Shown here piece after piece: positions 19,500 through 30,248 of a DNA stretch of 64,000 bases. Each line of letters starts with the position of its first letter. Positions within the stretch are counted from its first letter, which is position 1. The notes beneath the pieces were generated by a model. It had not been told where the DNA came from, did not search any database, and saw only the letters and a program-made list of their open reading frames with translations. The stretch lies in the NCBI GenBank assembly GCA_964462525.1, contig CAYWWY010000004.1:181297-245296 (forward strand), given 5' to 3'. The position numbers and the translations under genes were made by a program. Source of the stretch: an uncultured Thermotogaceae bacterium (lineage in GTDB: Bacteria > Thermotogota > Thermotogae > MWEM01).

Positions 19500-22400
19500 T
19501 TGAAGAAAGAGGGTGGGATCATGAGCCAAAAAGGGCCAAACCCATTTCAATGGTTCTTCCAAAGCGCGCCAGTTGGATTCGCTCAGAAGAAAGTCATCTT
19601 CAGCTCTCATAGAAAACCAGAAGATTTCATCTTTCAGGACATCAACCCAGCCTTTGAGCAAATGACCGGTCTCAGCTATTCTCAAATTATCGGGAAATCC
19701 TTCCGACAGTTGTTTCCAAATCAAGATATCACCCCTTGGATTGTGTTATGCCAAAAAGCCATAGAGCATAACGGAGAGCAGGAAACTGTCCAATCTTTTC
19801 GGTTCTTGGGCCGACAGGTCTTAGCAAAGGGATTTGTCCAGGATTCGGAGCGCTTTTTTTTAACTCTTTCTTTTGATGCACAGGAACCCAAAAGGGTTCA
19901 GGACACTCAGCCACACCTTCCATATACCATAGAAGGGATTGGGGTTCCTTCCATCAACAATCAGATCCGTTTGCTCTCAGGCGCCGTGTATTCTGTGTTC
20001 AATCTCTACGATGAAGACAACCTGTTTTGCCGGACAGTAGATATAGCGGGAGAGAAAGAGTTGTTGGTTCAAATTTCTAAAGAGATGGGCAGTTCCATTC
20101 TGGGAAAGCGCTGGCGATGTGATCCAGACCATACCACCCAGTTCGCGGACCGAGCCATTACACGGTTTGCTGGATTGATCGCGTATGCGGGGGCAATGAT
20201 CCCTCCGTTGGACATCGCTCGGATCGAGGCGTTGTTGGACATAGGCGAAATCGTAGTGATTCCCATCAAGAAAGCAAGACGGCTTTTCGGCAATTTCACC
20301 CTGTTCATGAAGCCAGGGGCTGACTTGGAAAACGAGCATCTTTTGGAACCCTATGCTCAACAGGTTGGTCTTCTTCTAACGCATTCGATAGCCGAACGAA
20401 AATTGAAGAAAACACAAGCGCAGCTTATGAATATCATCAGCAATGTGCCCGGAATTGTCTTCCGGAGCAAATTTCAGGGTGAAGAACCCATGGAATTGGT
20501 CAGCGACGGATCATGGGTGCTTACCGGATACGCCTCGGATGATCCAATCTTTGCGTCCCGAACCAGCTTCTCATCCATGATCCACCCCGACGATCGGGAA
20601 TCTGTTCGACTGGCCATTGAGAAAGCGGTCGAGACCAATACATCCTATGAGGTGATATACCGGATTCACACGCAAGACGGAGCGGTGAAGTGGATCCAGG
20701 AACGGGGTCAATTGGTTTGGGAGAAAGAGGGGCAGATCTGGTTGGATGGCGTGATGGTCGACATTACCCAGCAGCAGGAGGCTCAAAGACAGCAAGACAT
20801 GCAAACACATCTCCAGAATATCCTCCTTCGGATCTCCAACACCTTTATCAACGAACCATTGGAGAGTATCGGTTCTGCGATTCAATCAGCACTTCATGAT
20901 CTGGCATCCTTTGTGGGCGCGGATCGAGCCTATATATATGATTATGATTTCGAGAAACTCACCTGCACCAACACCTTCGAATGGTGCGCCCCGGGAATCC
21001 TTCCTCAAATCGATCATATGCAGAATGTCTCTTTGAACATTCAGCCTGAATGGGTCAGGGCCCATCGGAAAGGAAACTCCATCTCCCTCCCGAATCTCGC
21101 GTCACTACCCTCCTCTAAAGCGAAAAAATCCTTGCAAAGTCGGCAGATTCAAAGCCTGATCGCTGTTCCTATGATGAAAGAAGGGGAATGCGTTGGTTTT
21201 GTCGGGTTCGATTCGGTTCGGACGACTCATAGATACTCTGATATGGAAGAATCCTTGCTCGATCTATTCACCCAAATGCTGGTCAACCTCAAAATCCGAC
21301 AAGAATCGCAAGCCCAACTGAGGAAAAGCGAAGGACAGTATCGGGCGATCGCTGAAGACACCCCAGCAATGATCTGCCGATCCTTGCCCGATACGAGACA
21401 CGAATTTGTCAATCGGGCATACTGCGAATACTACGGGAGAACACCCGAATCCTTGCTCGGAACCCCTTTTCTCGATTTGATCCCTCATGAACAGCGAGAA
21501 CGAGTTCGAAGAAACCTGGCGCAGTTGACAAAAGAATCCCCCAGCATCACTCATGAGCACCAAGCCGATGCCCCAGACGGCAAAGGAATCCGGTGGCACC
21601 GTTGGACCAACCGCGCCTTGTTCGATGATGATGGCCGGTTGGTATCCTACCAATCGGTCGGGATCGACATCACCGAAGAGCGAAACGTGCAAGATGCGCT
21701 CCGTTTGGCTCATGAACGATTGCAAACCGTTATCGACAGTTTGGACGCAACGATATATATAGCCGATATGGACAGCTATGAAGTCTTGCTGGTCAACAGA
21801 TACGGGAGTCAGAAATGGGGGGACTTCACCGGCACAAAATGTTGGCAAACCATGCATAAGGACCAGAGCGGACCCTGTTCGTTCTGCCCGAACCACAGAC
21901 TCTTGGATCCAGAAGGAACCCCAACTGGGATTCATCGATGGGAACACAGAAATCAGATCGATGGTCGATGGTACGAGTGTTGGGATCAAGCAATCGAATG
22001 GGTGGATGGGCGAATGGTCCACATGGCTGTTGCCTCAGATATTACTGAACGAAAGGTGATGGAACTGGAGCTTCGAAACAGCAAAGAACGCTATCAGGAC
22101 CTTTTCCGGGCAGGCATCGAGGGATTGGCCATCCACGATGAAGGGGTGATTCGGGAGGTCAATCCTTCGCTCGAGCGCATGCTTGGGTATGCTCGGGAAG
22201 AATTGGTGGGAAAGCTCGTCACCCAATTCGTTCATCCAGATGATCAGAATATTACATGGAAATTCAAAAACCAGGATTATCCCGTCCCCATCGAATTGAG
22301 AATGTTCAGAAAAAACGGGGAAATGATTTTTGTGGAAGCGGAAGCCAAAGACTTTCTTTTCGAGGGCAAGAATATGAGGATCACTGGGATTCAAGACATC

Positions 22401-24188
22401 ACCCGGAGAAAAATCGCCGAAGAAGCGATCATCGAACAATCTCAATTCAACGAAATGGCGAGCAAGTTATCCAAATCCTTCATCAGCGCCATCCCGAGCA
22501 CCATCAGCCAGAAGGTTCAGGATATGCTCATGGAATGTGGAAAATTCTTCCATGTGGATCGTACCTACGTATTTCGTGTGTCTGAGGACGGGCAAACCTT
22601 TTCCAACGCCTATGAATGGTGCGCTTTGGATATTCCTCCTCAAAAAGAATCTCTTCAAGAGGTTCCCGCATCGGGCCTGCAATGGATGCTTAAACAAATG
22701 AACGAAAAGGGATATGCGCAAATCGATGCTTCTGAAAGGCTTTCCAAAAAGGAACAACAGGAACAAGGGGCTTTCGATCATCGATTGCTCATCGACCGTT
22801 CTGGAAAGCGGGGGGTTCAAACCATGCTCGTCGTTCCCCTTTTTGACCTTCGCGGGTCCATCACGGGTTTTTTTGGTCTTGATACGATACGAAGCACCAA
22901 GCGATGGAATCCCGAAATCATTCCTTTGATTCAAGTACTCGCAGACCTCCTCTCCGACGCATTTCACAAGGTACGTTTGGAAGAGGAATGGCTGGAAGCC
23001 AGACATAGGGCAGATGAAGCGAACCGAGCCAAAAGCCGGTTTGTATCCAATATTTCGCACGAGATTCGCACACCGCTAAATAGCGTGATCGGGTTTTCTC
23101 ACCTACTGGAACACACCTCCATGAGCCCACAACAATATGAGTATGTGGGACACATTTCCTCATCGGCCAAGACTCTTTTGGCTTTGGTGAGCGATATTCT
23201 CGATCTATCGAAAATCGAAGCGGGAAGAATGGAAGTTCAGCAAAAACCCGCTTCGATCGAAGAGGTGTGTAAAACTGCCCTGGGATCGGTTCAGATTGCT
23301 GCCGAATCCAAGAATCTAAGCATTCAGTTGGAAATCCATCCCTCGCTTCGGGATATATTGATCGTGACCGATCCCGACCGCTTGAGGCAAGTTCTGGTCA
23401 ATCTGCTGGGCAATGCGGTCAAGTTCACCTCCGAAGGCGCAGTCTCCTTGATTGCGTCCTTGGAACAGTCTTTTAAGCCGAATGGAGAAGGTTCTATCCG
23501 GTTCTCTGTCAGGGATTCGGGACCGGGAATTGATCACAGGGACCAGCCTCGCCTTTTTGAAGAATTCTATCAGGTAGATAGCTCTTCCACACGGAGATTT
23601 GGAGGCGCCGGACTAGGGCTTGCGATCTCACAACGTATCTTAAAGCTAATGGATACTCGCCTTCAGCTTGTCAGTCAACCGGGAAGGGGCACAACCTTTT
23701 CATTTCTCATCAAGGCACGAAAAATTCTAGATCCGCCGATGCTTTTTTCAGCCGAATCTTCCGTACCTTCGAAACGCAAGAATAGCATAGCCGCCGGTTG
23801 GCAAGAAAAAGAATGGATCGTTCTGATCGCGGAAGATCATTCGCTCAACATGAAACTGATCAAGGCGCTTCTTTCCAAGAATCTACCGCGCGCAACCATA
23901 ATCGAAGCGAAAACAGGCCGTGAAGCAGTTGATCAAACCAGGAAAAAAACACCGGATCTGATCTTGATGGATCTGCTCATGCCTGAAATGGATGGAATCC
24001 AGGCCGCCAAGAGCATCCGCGATGAGGAAAGACAAGGCCATATTCCCATTATTGCTCTGACAGCCGCTGCAGAGACCACTGATCGGACCCGATGCTTCGA
24101 AGCGGGTATGGACGGGTATCTGACCAAACCCATTGTCTTGGGAGATCTTCTTTCGGAACTCCAGAAATGGTTTGAGCAAGACCCATAA
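19500..24188 (+). CDS. Large multi-PAS/GAF hybrid sensor histidine kinase with a C-terminal receiver
   Basis: 1562 aa with several PAS-like and GAF-like segments, HisKA (SHEIRTPLNSVIGF), HATPase_c and REC (LIAEDHSLNMKLI ... DLLMPEMDG). A TTG at 19500 and an ATG at 19521 are alternative starts. A TATACT -10 lies ~60 nt upstream. Confidence 0.85.
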   Translation: MKKEGGIMSQKGPNPFQWFFQSAPVGFAQKKVIFSSHRKPEDFIFQDINPAFEQMTGLSYSQIIGKSFRQLFPNQDITPWIVLCQKAIEHNGEQETVQSFRFLGRQVLAKGFVQDSERFFLTLSFDAQEPKRVQDTQPHLPYTIEGIGVPSINNQIRLLSGAVYSVFNLYDEDNLFCRTVDIAGEKELLVQISKEMGSSILGKRWRCDPDHTTQFADRAITRFAGLIAYAGAMIPPLDIARIEALLDIGEIVVIPIKKARRLFGNFTLFMKPGADLENEHLLEPYAQQVGLLLTHSIAERKLKKTQAQLMNIISNVPGIVFRSKFQGEEPMELVSDGSWVLTGYASDDPIFASRTSFSSMIHPDDRESVRLAIEKAVETNTSYEVIYRIHTQDGAVKWIQERGQLVWEKEGQIWLDGVMVDITQQQEAQRQQDMQTHLQNILLRISNTFINEPLESIGSAIQSALHDLASFVGADRAYIYDYDFEKLTCTNTFEWCAPGILPQIDHMQNVSLNIQPEWVRAHRKGNSISLPNLASLPSSKAKKSLQSRQIQSLIAVPMMKEGECVGFVGFDSVRTTHRYSDMEESLLDLFTQMLVNLKIRQESQAQLRKSEGQYRAIAEDTPAMICRSLPDTRHEFVNRAYCEYYGRTPESLLGTPFLDLIPHEQRERVRRNLAQLTKESPSITHEHQADAPDGKGIRWHRWTNRALFDDDGRLVSYQSVGIDITEERNVQDALRLAHERLQTVIDSLDATIYIADMDSYEVLLVNRYGSQKWGDFTGTKCWQTMHKDQSGPCSFCPNHRLLDPEGTPTGIHRWEHRNQIDGRWYECWDQAIEWVDGRMVHMAVASDITERKVMELELRNSKERYQDLFRAGIEGLAIHDEGVIREVNPSLERMLGYAREELVGKLVTQFVHPDDQNITWKFKNQDYPVPIELRMFRKNGEMIFVEAEAKDFLFEGKNMRITGIQDITRRKIAEEAIIEQSQFNEMASKLSKSFISAIPSTISQKVQDMLMECGKFFHVDRTYVFRVSEDGQTFSNAYEWCALDIPPQKESLQEVPASGLQWMLKQMNEKGYAQIDASERLSKKEQQEQGAFDHRLLIDRSGKRGVQTMLVVPLFDLRGSITGFFGLDTIRSTKRWNPEIIPLIQVLADLLSDAFHKVRLEEEWLEARHRADEANRAKSRFVSNISHEIRTPLNSVIGFSHLLEHTSMSPQQYEYVGHISSSAKTLLALVSDILDLSKIEAGRMEVQQKPASIEEVCKTALGSVQIAAESKNLSIQLEIHPSLRDILIVTDPDRLRQVLVNLLGNAVKFTSEGAVSLIASLEQSFKPNGEGSIRFSVRDSGPGIDHRDQPRLFEEFYQVDSSSTRRFGGAGLGLAISQRILKLMDTRLQLVSQPGRGTTFSFLIKARKILDPPMLFSAESSVPSKRKNSIAAGWQEKEWIVLIAEDHSLNMKLIKALLSKNLPRATIIEAKTGREAVDQTRKKTPDLILMDLLMPEMDGIQAAKSIRDEERQGHIPIIALTAAAETTDRTRCFEAGMDGYLTKPIVLGDLLSELQKWFEQDP

Positions 24189-24286
24189 GTTTCGCAACGA
24201 ATACAGAGATTGGGGAATGAGATCCGCTCGCTCTTCATTGGCGGTTGTGATATAATCGGGCATAAGATTTTCGCAAGGAGATTGAT

Positions 24287-25171
24287 ATGCTGCCGGAACA
24301 ACCATTGTATAGCCAATGGGAGAGCGATCAGTGGAAGGCCCTCCATACCTGGATGAAGCAACACATTACAAACTGCAGGCTTTGCCCAAGAAACTGCGGC
24401 GCGAATCGCCTTGCGAGCCAGGGAGCGTGCGGGCAAACGGACATGCCTCGGCTCTCCAACGCCGTGGTCCACACAGGGGAAGAACCTCCTTTGATTGAAG
24501 GAACCGGCGCCGGCGCCGTCTTTTTTTCCGGGTGCAGTATGCATTGCGTGTATTGTCAAAACTTTGGGTTCTCGCAGAAAAACATTGGCCGGACGATGAG
24601 GGTGCATGAGTTGACAGATACGTTTTTGCGTCTTCAAGAACAAGGCGTCTCCAATCTGGATCTAGTTACGCCCACCCCCCATTTGCCAGGAATTGTCGAG
24701 GCGATTCAGATCGGCAAAGAACGCGGGTTGCGTCTACCGATTGTGTACAACACCAGCAGCTATGAAAGTGTGGAAACCCTAAATCAATTGGATGGATTGG
24801 TGGATCTTTACCTTGCCGATATCCGATATACACGCGATGAGATTGGCCATCGGTACTCGGGAGTCCGTGATTACTGGTCAGTTGCCCAAAAGGCCCTTCA
24901 GGAGATGTACCGGCAGGTGGGCGCCAAACGGATGATTGTGCGCATGTTGGTTCTTCCGACTTTTGAGCCAATGATTCGGGACGGATTGGAGTTTTTGGCC
25001 TTGAATTTGTCGACTTCAGTTTTCATATCTTTGATGGCTCAATATTTTCCGGTATACAAAGCTTTGGGCGATTCTCGGATCGGAAGAAAATTGACCGCGA
25101 TCGAGTACGATCAAGCCCAACAATACCTGGAGGAGATGGGGTTTTCCAATGGTTGGGTTCAGGAATACTGA
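24287..25171 (+). CDS. Radical SAM protein (PflX / COG1313-like)
   Basis: CxxxCxxC motif in GCSMHCVYCQNF. 294 aa. Confidence 0.7.
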   Translation: MLPEQPLYSQWESDQWKALHTWMKQHITNCRLCPRNCGANRLASQGACGQTDMPRLSNAVVHTGEEPPLIEGTGAGAVFFSGCSMHCVYCQNFGFSQKNIGRTMRVHELTDTFLRLQEQGVSNLDLVTPTPHLPGIVEAIQIGKERGLRLPIVYNTSSYESVETLNQLDGLVDLYLADIRYTRDEIGHRYSGVRDYWSVAQKALQEMYRQVGAKRMIVRMLVLPTFEPMIRDGLEFLALNLSTSVFISLMAQYFPVYKALGDSRIGRKLTAIEYDQAQQYLEEMGFSNGWVQEY

Positions 25172-25208
25172 TCATACCCATTTTTTGTGTTCCCTAGGAG
25201 GGATTGCT

Positions 25209-26591
25209 ATGCAGAAAATCTATTGGGTTATGAACCGGCATTTACCGGTTTGGATCGTCGCTTTGATATTGTTGTCGATGCCCATCAGCTTGATTGGCGG
25301 AGGATTCCCACTGCGGATTGCAATCATGGCTGATCCCCATTTGTTTCCCCAGGAGTTGAATCCCAAAGGGGCAGCCTTTGAACGATATGTCAGCAATGAT
25401 CGGAAACTGCTGGCAGAGAGCGAGGCGATTCTCGAAAGCGCCATTCGGGATATTCTCAAACACAAACCCGATATGGTGCTCATTCCCGGAGATTTGACAA
25501 AAGACGCGGAACGGATCGCACACGAGCGGATGGTCGAAATCCTCGAAATCTTTTCGCGCCATGGCATCCCAGTTTTTGTTGTTCCGGGAAACCATGATAT
25601 CCTCAATCCACATGCTTTCCGCTACGAAGGCGATGCGCGTATCCGTGTTCCAACCATCAGCCCCGAAGAATTTTCTCAGCTGTATTGGGACTTTGGATAT
25701 GGACAAGCCCTCCAGCAAGATCCTCATTCGCTCAGCTACTTGGTCGAACCGGTTCCATGGCTCTGGGTGTTGTGTATCGACAGCGCCATCTATGAAGACA
25801 ACAAGAGTTTGGGGTATCCGGTCGTGGCAGGGCGCATCCGTGGTCCAACCCTGCAATGGATCCTTGAGATCATGGAAGAAGCAGAAAAACAAGGCAAACG
25901 GGTGATTGCGCAACTCCATCATGGAGTGGTCGCTCACTTCGACGCCCAACCCCTTGCTTTCCCGGAGTGGCTGATCGAAGATTGGGAAGAGACTGCGACG
26001 ATTCTCGCGGACGCGGGGTTGTCGATTGTCTTTACCGGCCATTTTCACGCTCAAGACGTTTCCTTGCTTGAAACGGAGCAAGGAAATCGGATTTTTGACA
26101 TACTAACCGGATCATTGGTCACTTTTCCCAATCCATGGAGAATGGTCGAGATTACGGAAGACTTTCTTGTTCGGATTGCCAGCCACAGAATCACAGAGAT
26201 CGATTTCGATACGCAAGGAATGCCCTTTGCCCAATATTCGGAAGAGATGCTGGTCAGGGGTTTGTTGGCACAGACGGAATGGCTGGCTATCGAGTTTTTT
26301 GAACGGATGGGGAATGATCCGGAAGAAGCGAGAAAGATCGCTCAGACCTTTGTTGAAATGCGCATAGCTGGAGTGGGAATTGCGGATATCGCCGTGAATC
26401 TCTTGAAACGGGTCCTTCAAGGGGATCAGAGACCGGATTTCCTTACAGGCCTGGCTGCGCAGGTCCTGGTTCATTCGGAACACCCGGTCTTTCAAGAAGT
26501 AGGCCAATTGCTGCAGGGTTTGGCTTATGACACCTTTCCACCCGACAACAACTTGACCATATGCTGGAATACACGAGAGGTGATCCAGTAA
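25209..26591 (+). CDS. Membrane-anchored calcineurin-like metallophosphoesterase
   Basis: An N-terminal hydrophobic segment is followed by GDLTKD ... GNHD ... GHFH phosphoesterase motifs. The start is taken at MQKIYW, which follows an AGGAGGG RBS. Confidence 0.75.
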   Translation: MQKIYWVMNRHLPVWIVALILLSMPISLIGGGFPLRIAIMADPHLFPQELNPKGAAFERYVSNDRKLLAESEAILESAIRDILKHKPDMVLIPGDLTKDAERIAHERMVEILEIFSRHGIPVFVVPGNHDILNPHAFRYEGDARIRVPTISPEEFSQLYWDFGYGQALQQDPHSLSYLVEPVPWLWVLCIDSAIYEDNKSLGYPVVAGRIRGPTLQWILEIMEEAEKQGKRVIAQLHHGVVAHFDAQPLAFPEWLIEDWEETATILADAGLSIVFTGHFHAQDVSLLETEQGNRIFDILTGSLVTFPNPWRMVEITEDFLVRIASHRITEIDFDTQGMPFAQYSEEMLVRGLLAQTEWLAIEFFERMGNDPEEARKIAQTFVEMRIAGVGIADIAVNLLKRVLQGDQRPDFLTGLAAQVLVHSEHPVFQEVGQLLQGLAYDTFPPDNNLTICWNTREVIQ

Positions 26592-26603
26592 CCTTCCTGA
26601 TAA

Positions 26604-28988
26604 TTACTTGGCTTTCCCCAAGATCAGGTTGATGATCTTTCCTGGGACATAGATGACTTTGACAATCGACTTTCCATCCAATTGACTGAAAAGCCGAGGT
26701 TCTTTTTGGATTGCTTCCATGATTTCGCCTTGGGTAGCATTCGGATGAATGGTGAGGGTCAGGCGATGCTTGCCTTGGATCTGAACCGGCAATTCAATAT
26801 CCGCTGTTGCCAGGTATTGATCGTAACCCTCCGGATAGCCCGAATTTAAAATCGTTCCGCTTTCCCCCATACCGCTATGAATTTCCTCGGCAAGAAAGGG
26901 GGCAAACAGCGACAGCATTCGAGCAAAGTCCAGCAAAAGCAGTTTTTCGATTGATTCTTCTTTGCCTGCTTCATTGACGAACTCCATGAGCGCAGCAATC
27001 GCTACATTGTACTTCAAATGCTCCACAGAATGGGAAAACCGTTCGATGGTACGAGCCATTTTGATTATCAAAGACTGTGAAGATCTTCCTTGAGGCAGCT
27101 GTGCGAGATCCCAGACCTTGCTCAAAAAGCGCTTGATCGCATCCATCCCCCCATCCCGAAAGTCACCCCCTTCCATAAAGTTGCCCATAAACATCAGGTA
27201 GGTCCGCAAGCAATCCACCCCATGGGAATCGAAATAGTCGTTGGGAATGACCATATTGCCTTTGGATTTGGCCATTTTGCTGCCATCCCGTACGATCATT
27301 CCGTGGCCGCGAAAATGCGGGAAGGGTTCTTCAAAAGGTATGATGCCCAAATCACTGAGAGCCATCGCAATGAACCGAGCATACATCAAATGGAGCATGG
27401 CATGCTCATTGCCTCCAATATACATATCAACCGGGTACCACTTTTGGATAATTTCTTCTCGGAACGGGACGTCTTCATCTTTTGGAGAAGCGTAGCGCAG
27501 ATAGTACCATGCGGAGTCTAGAAAATTGTCGTTTACATCCGTTTCTCTTCGAGCCGATCCTCCGCATGTGGGACATGTTGTATTGACAAAGGTCTCGTTA
27601 CGAGCCAAAGGAGATTTTCCGCTGCCGTCAGGGACAAAATCGTCGGTCAACGGAAGAAGAACGGGCAGGTCCTCTTCGGGAACTGGTACAATCCCGCAGG
27701 CATCACAGTAGATGATCGGAATGGGCGGTCCCCAATATCTTTGGCGAGAGATACACCAGTCATGGAGGTGATATGTGATCGCCTTGCGCGTATCGGGATG
27801 GGTTTCTTCGACTCGTTCAATGAACTCCTCACTCTTCCATCCGGAAAAAGGTCCGCTATCGATCATCTCGCCAAGCGCCCCATAAGGAAGATCGGAATCA
27901 GCGCACGCGATGACCTTGCGGATCTGCAAACCGTATTTTTTCGCAAAGGCATAGTCTCGTTCATCATGGGCTGGTACGCCCATTACAGCACCCGAACCAT
28001 ATCGGGCAAGCACATAGTCCCCCACCCACAGTGGAATTCGCTCCCCAGTGTAGGGATGGATGACATACCGCCCCAAAAAAAGACCTGTTTTTTCGCGTTT
28101 GATCGATGTTCGCTCCACTTCGTCCATGGCTTGCGTCTTTTGAATAAAGGCATCCAGTTGTTCTCTCAGTTCTTCCGATACCAAAGACTCAATGCCCGGA
28201 TACTCCGGAGCGATTGCCATGAAGGTGACTCCGAATACCGTATCCGGTCGGGTGGTAAAAGCCTGAATTTGATCTGACGACTGTTCCACCGGAAAGGAGA
28301 TTGTCGCTCCGGCGGACCGTCCGATCCAACTCTTCTGGAGATTTCTCGTGACATCGGTCCAATCCAACCGTTCCAGATTATCCAGCAATCGGTCCGCGTA
28401 TTGGGTGATGGTGAAAAACCATTGGCTCATCCTTCTTTGTTCCACACGGTTGCTGCATCGCTCGCACTCTCCGTCGATCACTTGTTCATCAGCCAAAACG
28501 GTTTTGCAGCATGGACACCAGTTCACTTCAGACATCCGCTTCTCAGCAAGCCCTGCTTTGTATAGCTGAAGGAAGATCCATTGTGTCCACCGATAGTATT
28601 CTGGTTGGGTCGTATTGATCTCGCTGTTCCAATCCATGATCGTCCCGATTTTCTTAAGCTGCTCTTCTCGAAAAAACTCAATGCTCTTCGGAGTGAGTCG
28701 GGAAGGATTCTCCCCCAGCCTCAAAGCATAATTCTCACTGTGAATCCCAAAGGCGTCAAAACCAATGGGTTCATAGACATCGTATCCTTGAAGCTTCTTA
28801 TACCGGCCGTACACATCCGATCCGATAAAAGAAAACATATTCCCAATATGCAACCCGCCTGCCGATGGATAGGGAAACATCATCAGATTGATAAATGGTT
28901 TGGGGGCATGCTCCAAATCAACGGCAAAAGGTCGTTTTCTTTCATAATAGGATTGCCATTTGGCTTCAATGCTGCGAAAATCGTACAT
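26604..28988 (-). CDS. leuS: Leucyl-tRNA synthetase
   Basis: HIGH-type (P..GGLHIGN) and KMSKS (KMAKSKGN) class-I motifs plus the CP1 editing-domain architecture. The start is inferred at MYDFRSIEAKW. Confidence 0.95.
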   Translation of the reverse strand: MYDFRSIEAKWQSYYERKRPFAVDLEHAPKPFINLMMFPYPSAGGLHIGNMFSFIGSDVYGRYKKLQGYDVYEPIGFDAFGIHSENYALRLGENPSRLTPKSIEFFREEQLKKIGTIMDWNSEINTTQPEYYRWTQWIFLQLYKAGLAEKRMSEVNWCPCCKTVLADEQVIDGECERCSNRVEQRRMSQWFFTITQYADRLLDNLERLDWTDVTRNLQKSWIGRSAGATISFPVEQSSDQIQAFTTRPDTVFGVTFMAIAPEYPGIESLVSEELREQLDAFIQKTQAMDEVERTSIKREKTGLFLGRYVIHPYTGERIPLWVGDYVLARYGSGAVMGVPAHDERDYAFAKKYGLQIRKVIACADSDLPYGALGEMIDSGPFSGWKSEEFIERVEETHPDTRKAITYHLHDWCISRQRYWGPPIPIIYCDACGIVPVPEEDLPVLLPLTDDFVPDGSGKSPLARNETFVNTTCPTCGGSARRETDVNDNFLDSAWYYLRYASPKDEDVPFREEIIQKWYPVDMYIGGNEHAMLHLMYARFIAMALSDLGIIPFEEPFPHFRGHGMIVRDGSKMAKSKGNMVIPNDYFDSHGVDCLRTYLMFMGNFMEGGDFRDGGMDAIKRFLSKVWDLAQLPQGRSSQSLIIKMARTIERFSHSVEHLKYNVAIAALMEFVNEAGKEESIEKLLLLDFARMLSLFAPFLAEEIHSGMGESGTILNSGYPEGYDQYLATADIELPVQIQGKHRLTLTIHPNATQGEIMEAIQKEPRLFSQLDGKSIVKVIYVPGKIINLILGKAK

Positions 28989-29001
28989 AATCGCCTCCGC
29001 G

Positions 29002-29397
29002 TCAGGATATAGTGTGGGGATTCCAATCTGGCATCGCCATCGAACCCGCTCGATCCCCAATCTCTACAGATAGTTCGAACTGTTCCATGCTCACCCGGCG
29101 GTGGATCATTTCCCGGAACTGGTGGAAGACATCCGGATCTTCATGATGCCTGGCTCTTTGGATGAGTTCCAACGGAATCCTACGCGCAGGATCGTACCCA
29201 TCAAAGATCACCAATTGGACATCGATATCGGTGAGTCCGGCTTCAGCCATATGTTCTTCCCCAAAGACCGCTTCGAAGGCCAAGAATATTTCATCATCGG
29301 TGATCCCCAATTGGGATAGTGATTGGGATACTTTTTCCATAAGGTCTGCGGGGTGAGCATGACCATTCATCATTTCTCGAATGATCATGAGCATAGT
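29002..29397 (-). CDS. Small hypothetical acidic protein directly upstream of leuS
   Basis: An ORF of ~130 aa runs from MLMIIREMM. I see no recognisable motif, and the start is uncertain. Confidence 0.35.
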   Translation of the reverse strand, partial: TMLMIIREMMNGHAHPADLMEKVSQSLSQLGITDDEIFLAFEAVFGEEHMAEAGLTDIDVQLVIFDGYDPARRIPLELIQRARHHEDPDVFHQFREMIHRRVSMEQFELSVEIGDRAGSMAMPDWNPHTIS

Positions 29398-29527
29398 CAC
29401 TTCTAGTAGGTCCGTATCGTACTTCAACACAAAGCTCCTTTCGTGCGAAAGATCGAAAGGTATTATACCACGTTTGCTCGGAAACCGGGCTGGTTTGGAT
29501 GGATGCACAAAGGGTAGGGGTTGGGGA

Positions 29528-30136
29528 TCAAGCGAGTCGGTCGAGTTGTTCACCAATAGCCTGGGCCGGCGCATCATCGTACGAAGTGGCTTCGGTGTGT
29601 GGTGTTCTTCGGGTCCGTGTTACCGTCTCGCCCCCTGCGGTATAGATCCTGCCACATTCGGGGCAGACGTCCATATGGATGGTGACCGATTGGGAGATTA
29701 CTTCCAATTGATCATCCGAGTCCGCTTTGGCTTTTTCTTGATGCACATGTTCCTGTTCGTGGGCATTGACCATTGTGAAAGAGTGTTCAGGCGGGATATG
29801 TTGGGGGGTTTGAAAAGAAACACCGGAATCATCCGAATCATCCTGATATCTTCGATTCGAACAGGTTTCGCATTCGTCAATCCCCAGTCGTTTGTCCAGC
29901 TTTGTTTGGAGATCATGTTCCAACCGTTCCGAGATGGATTGGCTGTATGCTACTTGACCCCGGGGTTGTTCGTACATAGGAGTCCGCTGAAACTGCTCCC
30001 CCCAATGATTTTGGATCCGATGGGGTGCAATTTCGGAAGTGGGTGAATTGGAACGATTGGGATGAGGATGGGCTACAGGCGCGGACGTATTTGGGGTGAA
30101 ACGATAAACCGCGAGATCTGTTCCAACTCTCATCAT
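29528..30136 (-). CDS. Hypothetical acidic protein with a split CxxC ... CxxC zinc-ribbon-like motif
   Basis: 202 aa with CETC and CPEC pairs about 70 aa apart, and a His- and Asp/Glu-rich spacer. Confidence 0.45.
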   Translation of the reverse strand: MMRVGTDLAVYRFTPNTSAPVAHPHPNRSNSPTSEIAPHRIQNHWGEQFQRTPMYEQPRGQVAYSQSISERLEHDLQTKLDKRLGIDECETCSNRRYQDDSDDSGVSFQTPQHIPPEHSFTMVNAHEQEHVHQEKAKADSDDQLEVISQSVTIHMDVCPECGRIYTAGGETVTRTRRTPHTEATSYDDAPAQAIGEQLDRLA

Positions 30137-30248
30137 ACACCTCCTCGTTTCATTTCAGAGCGCTCTGCTATTATATCACAAGACGAAGGGTTATGAAGAT
30201 TTCCTCTCATTCTTGCCAATCATTCTCTGTTTCCCCTGCGAGCGCACT

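Noticed and set aside
21870-21900. c-type heme-binding site in the giant sensor kinase
   Set aside because: The motif is CSFCPNH (CxxCxxH), not CxxCH, and the protein is predicted cytoplasmic, so covalent heme attachment is unlikely. It is kept only as a generic Cys/His cluster in the findings.
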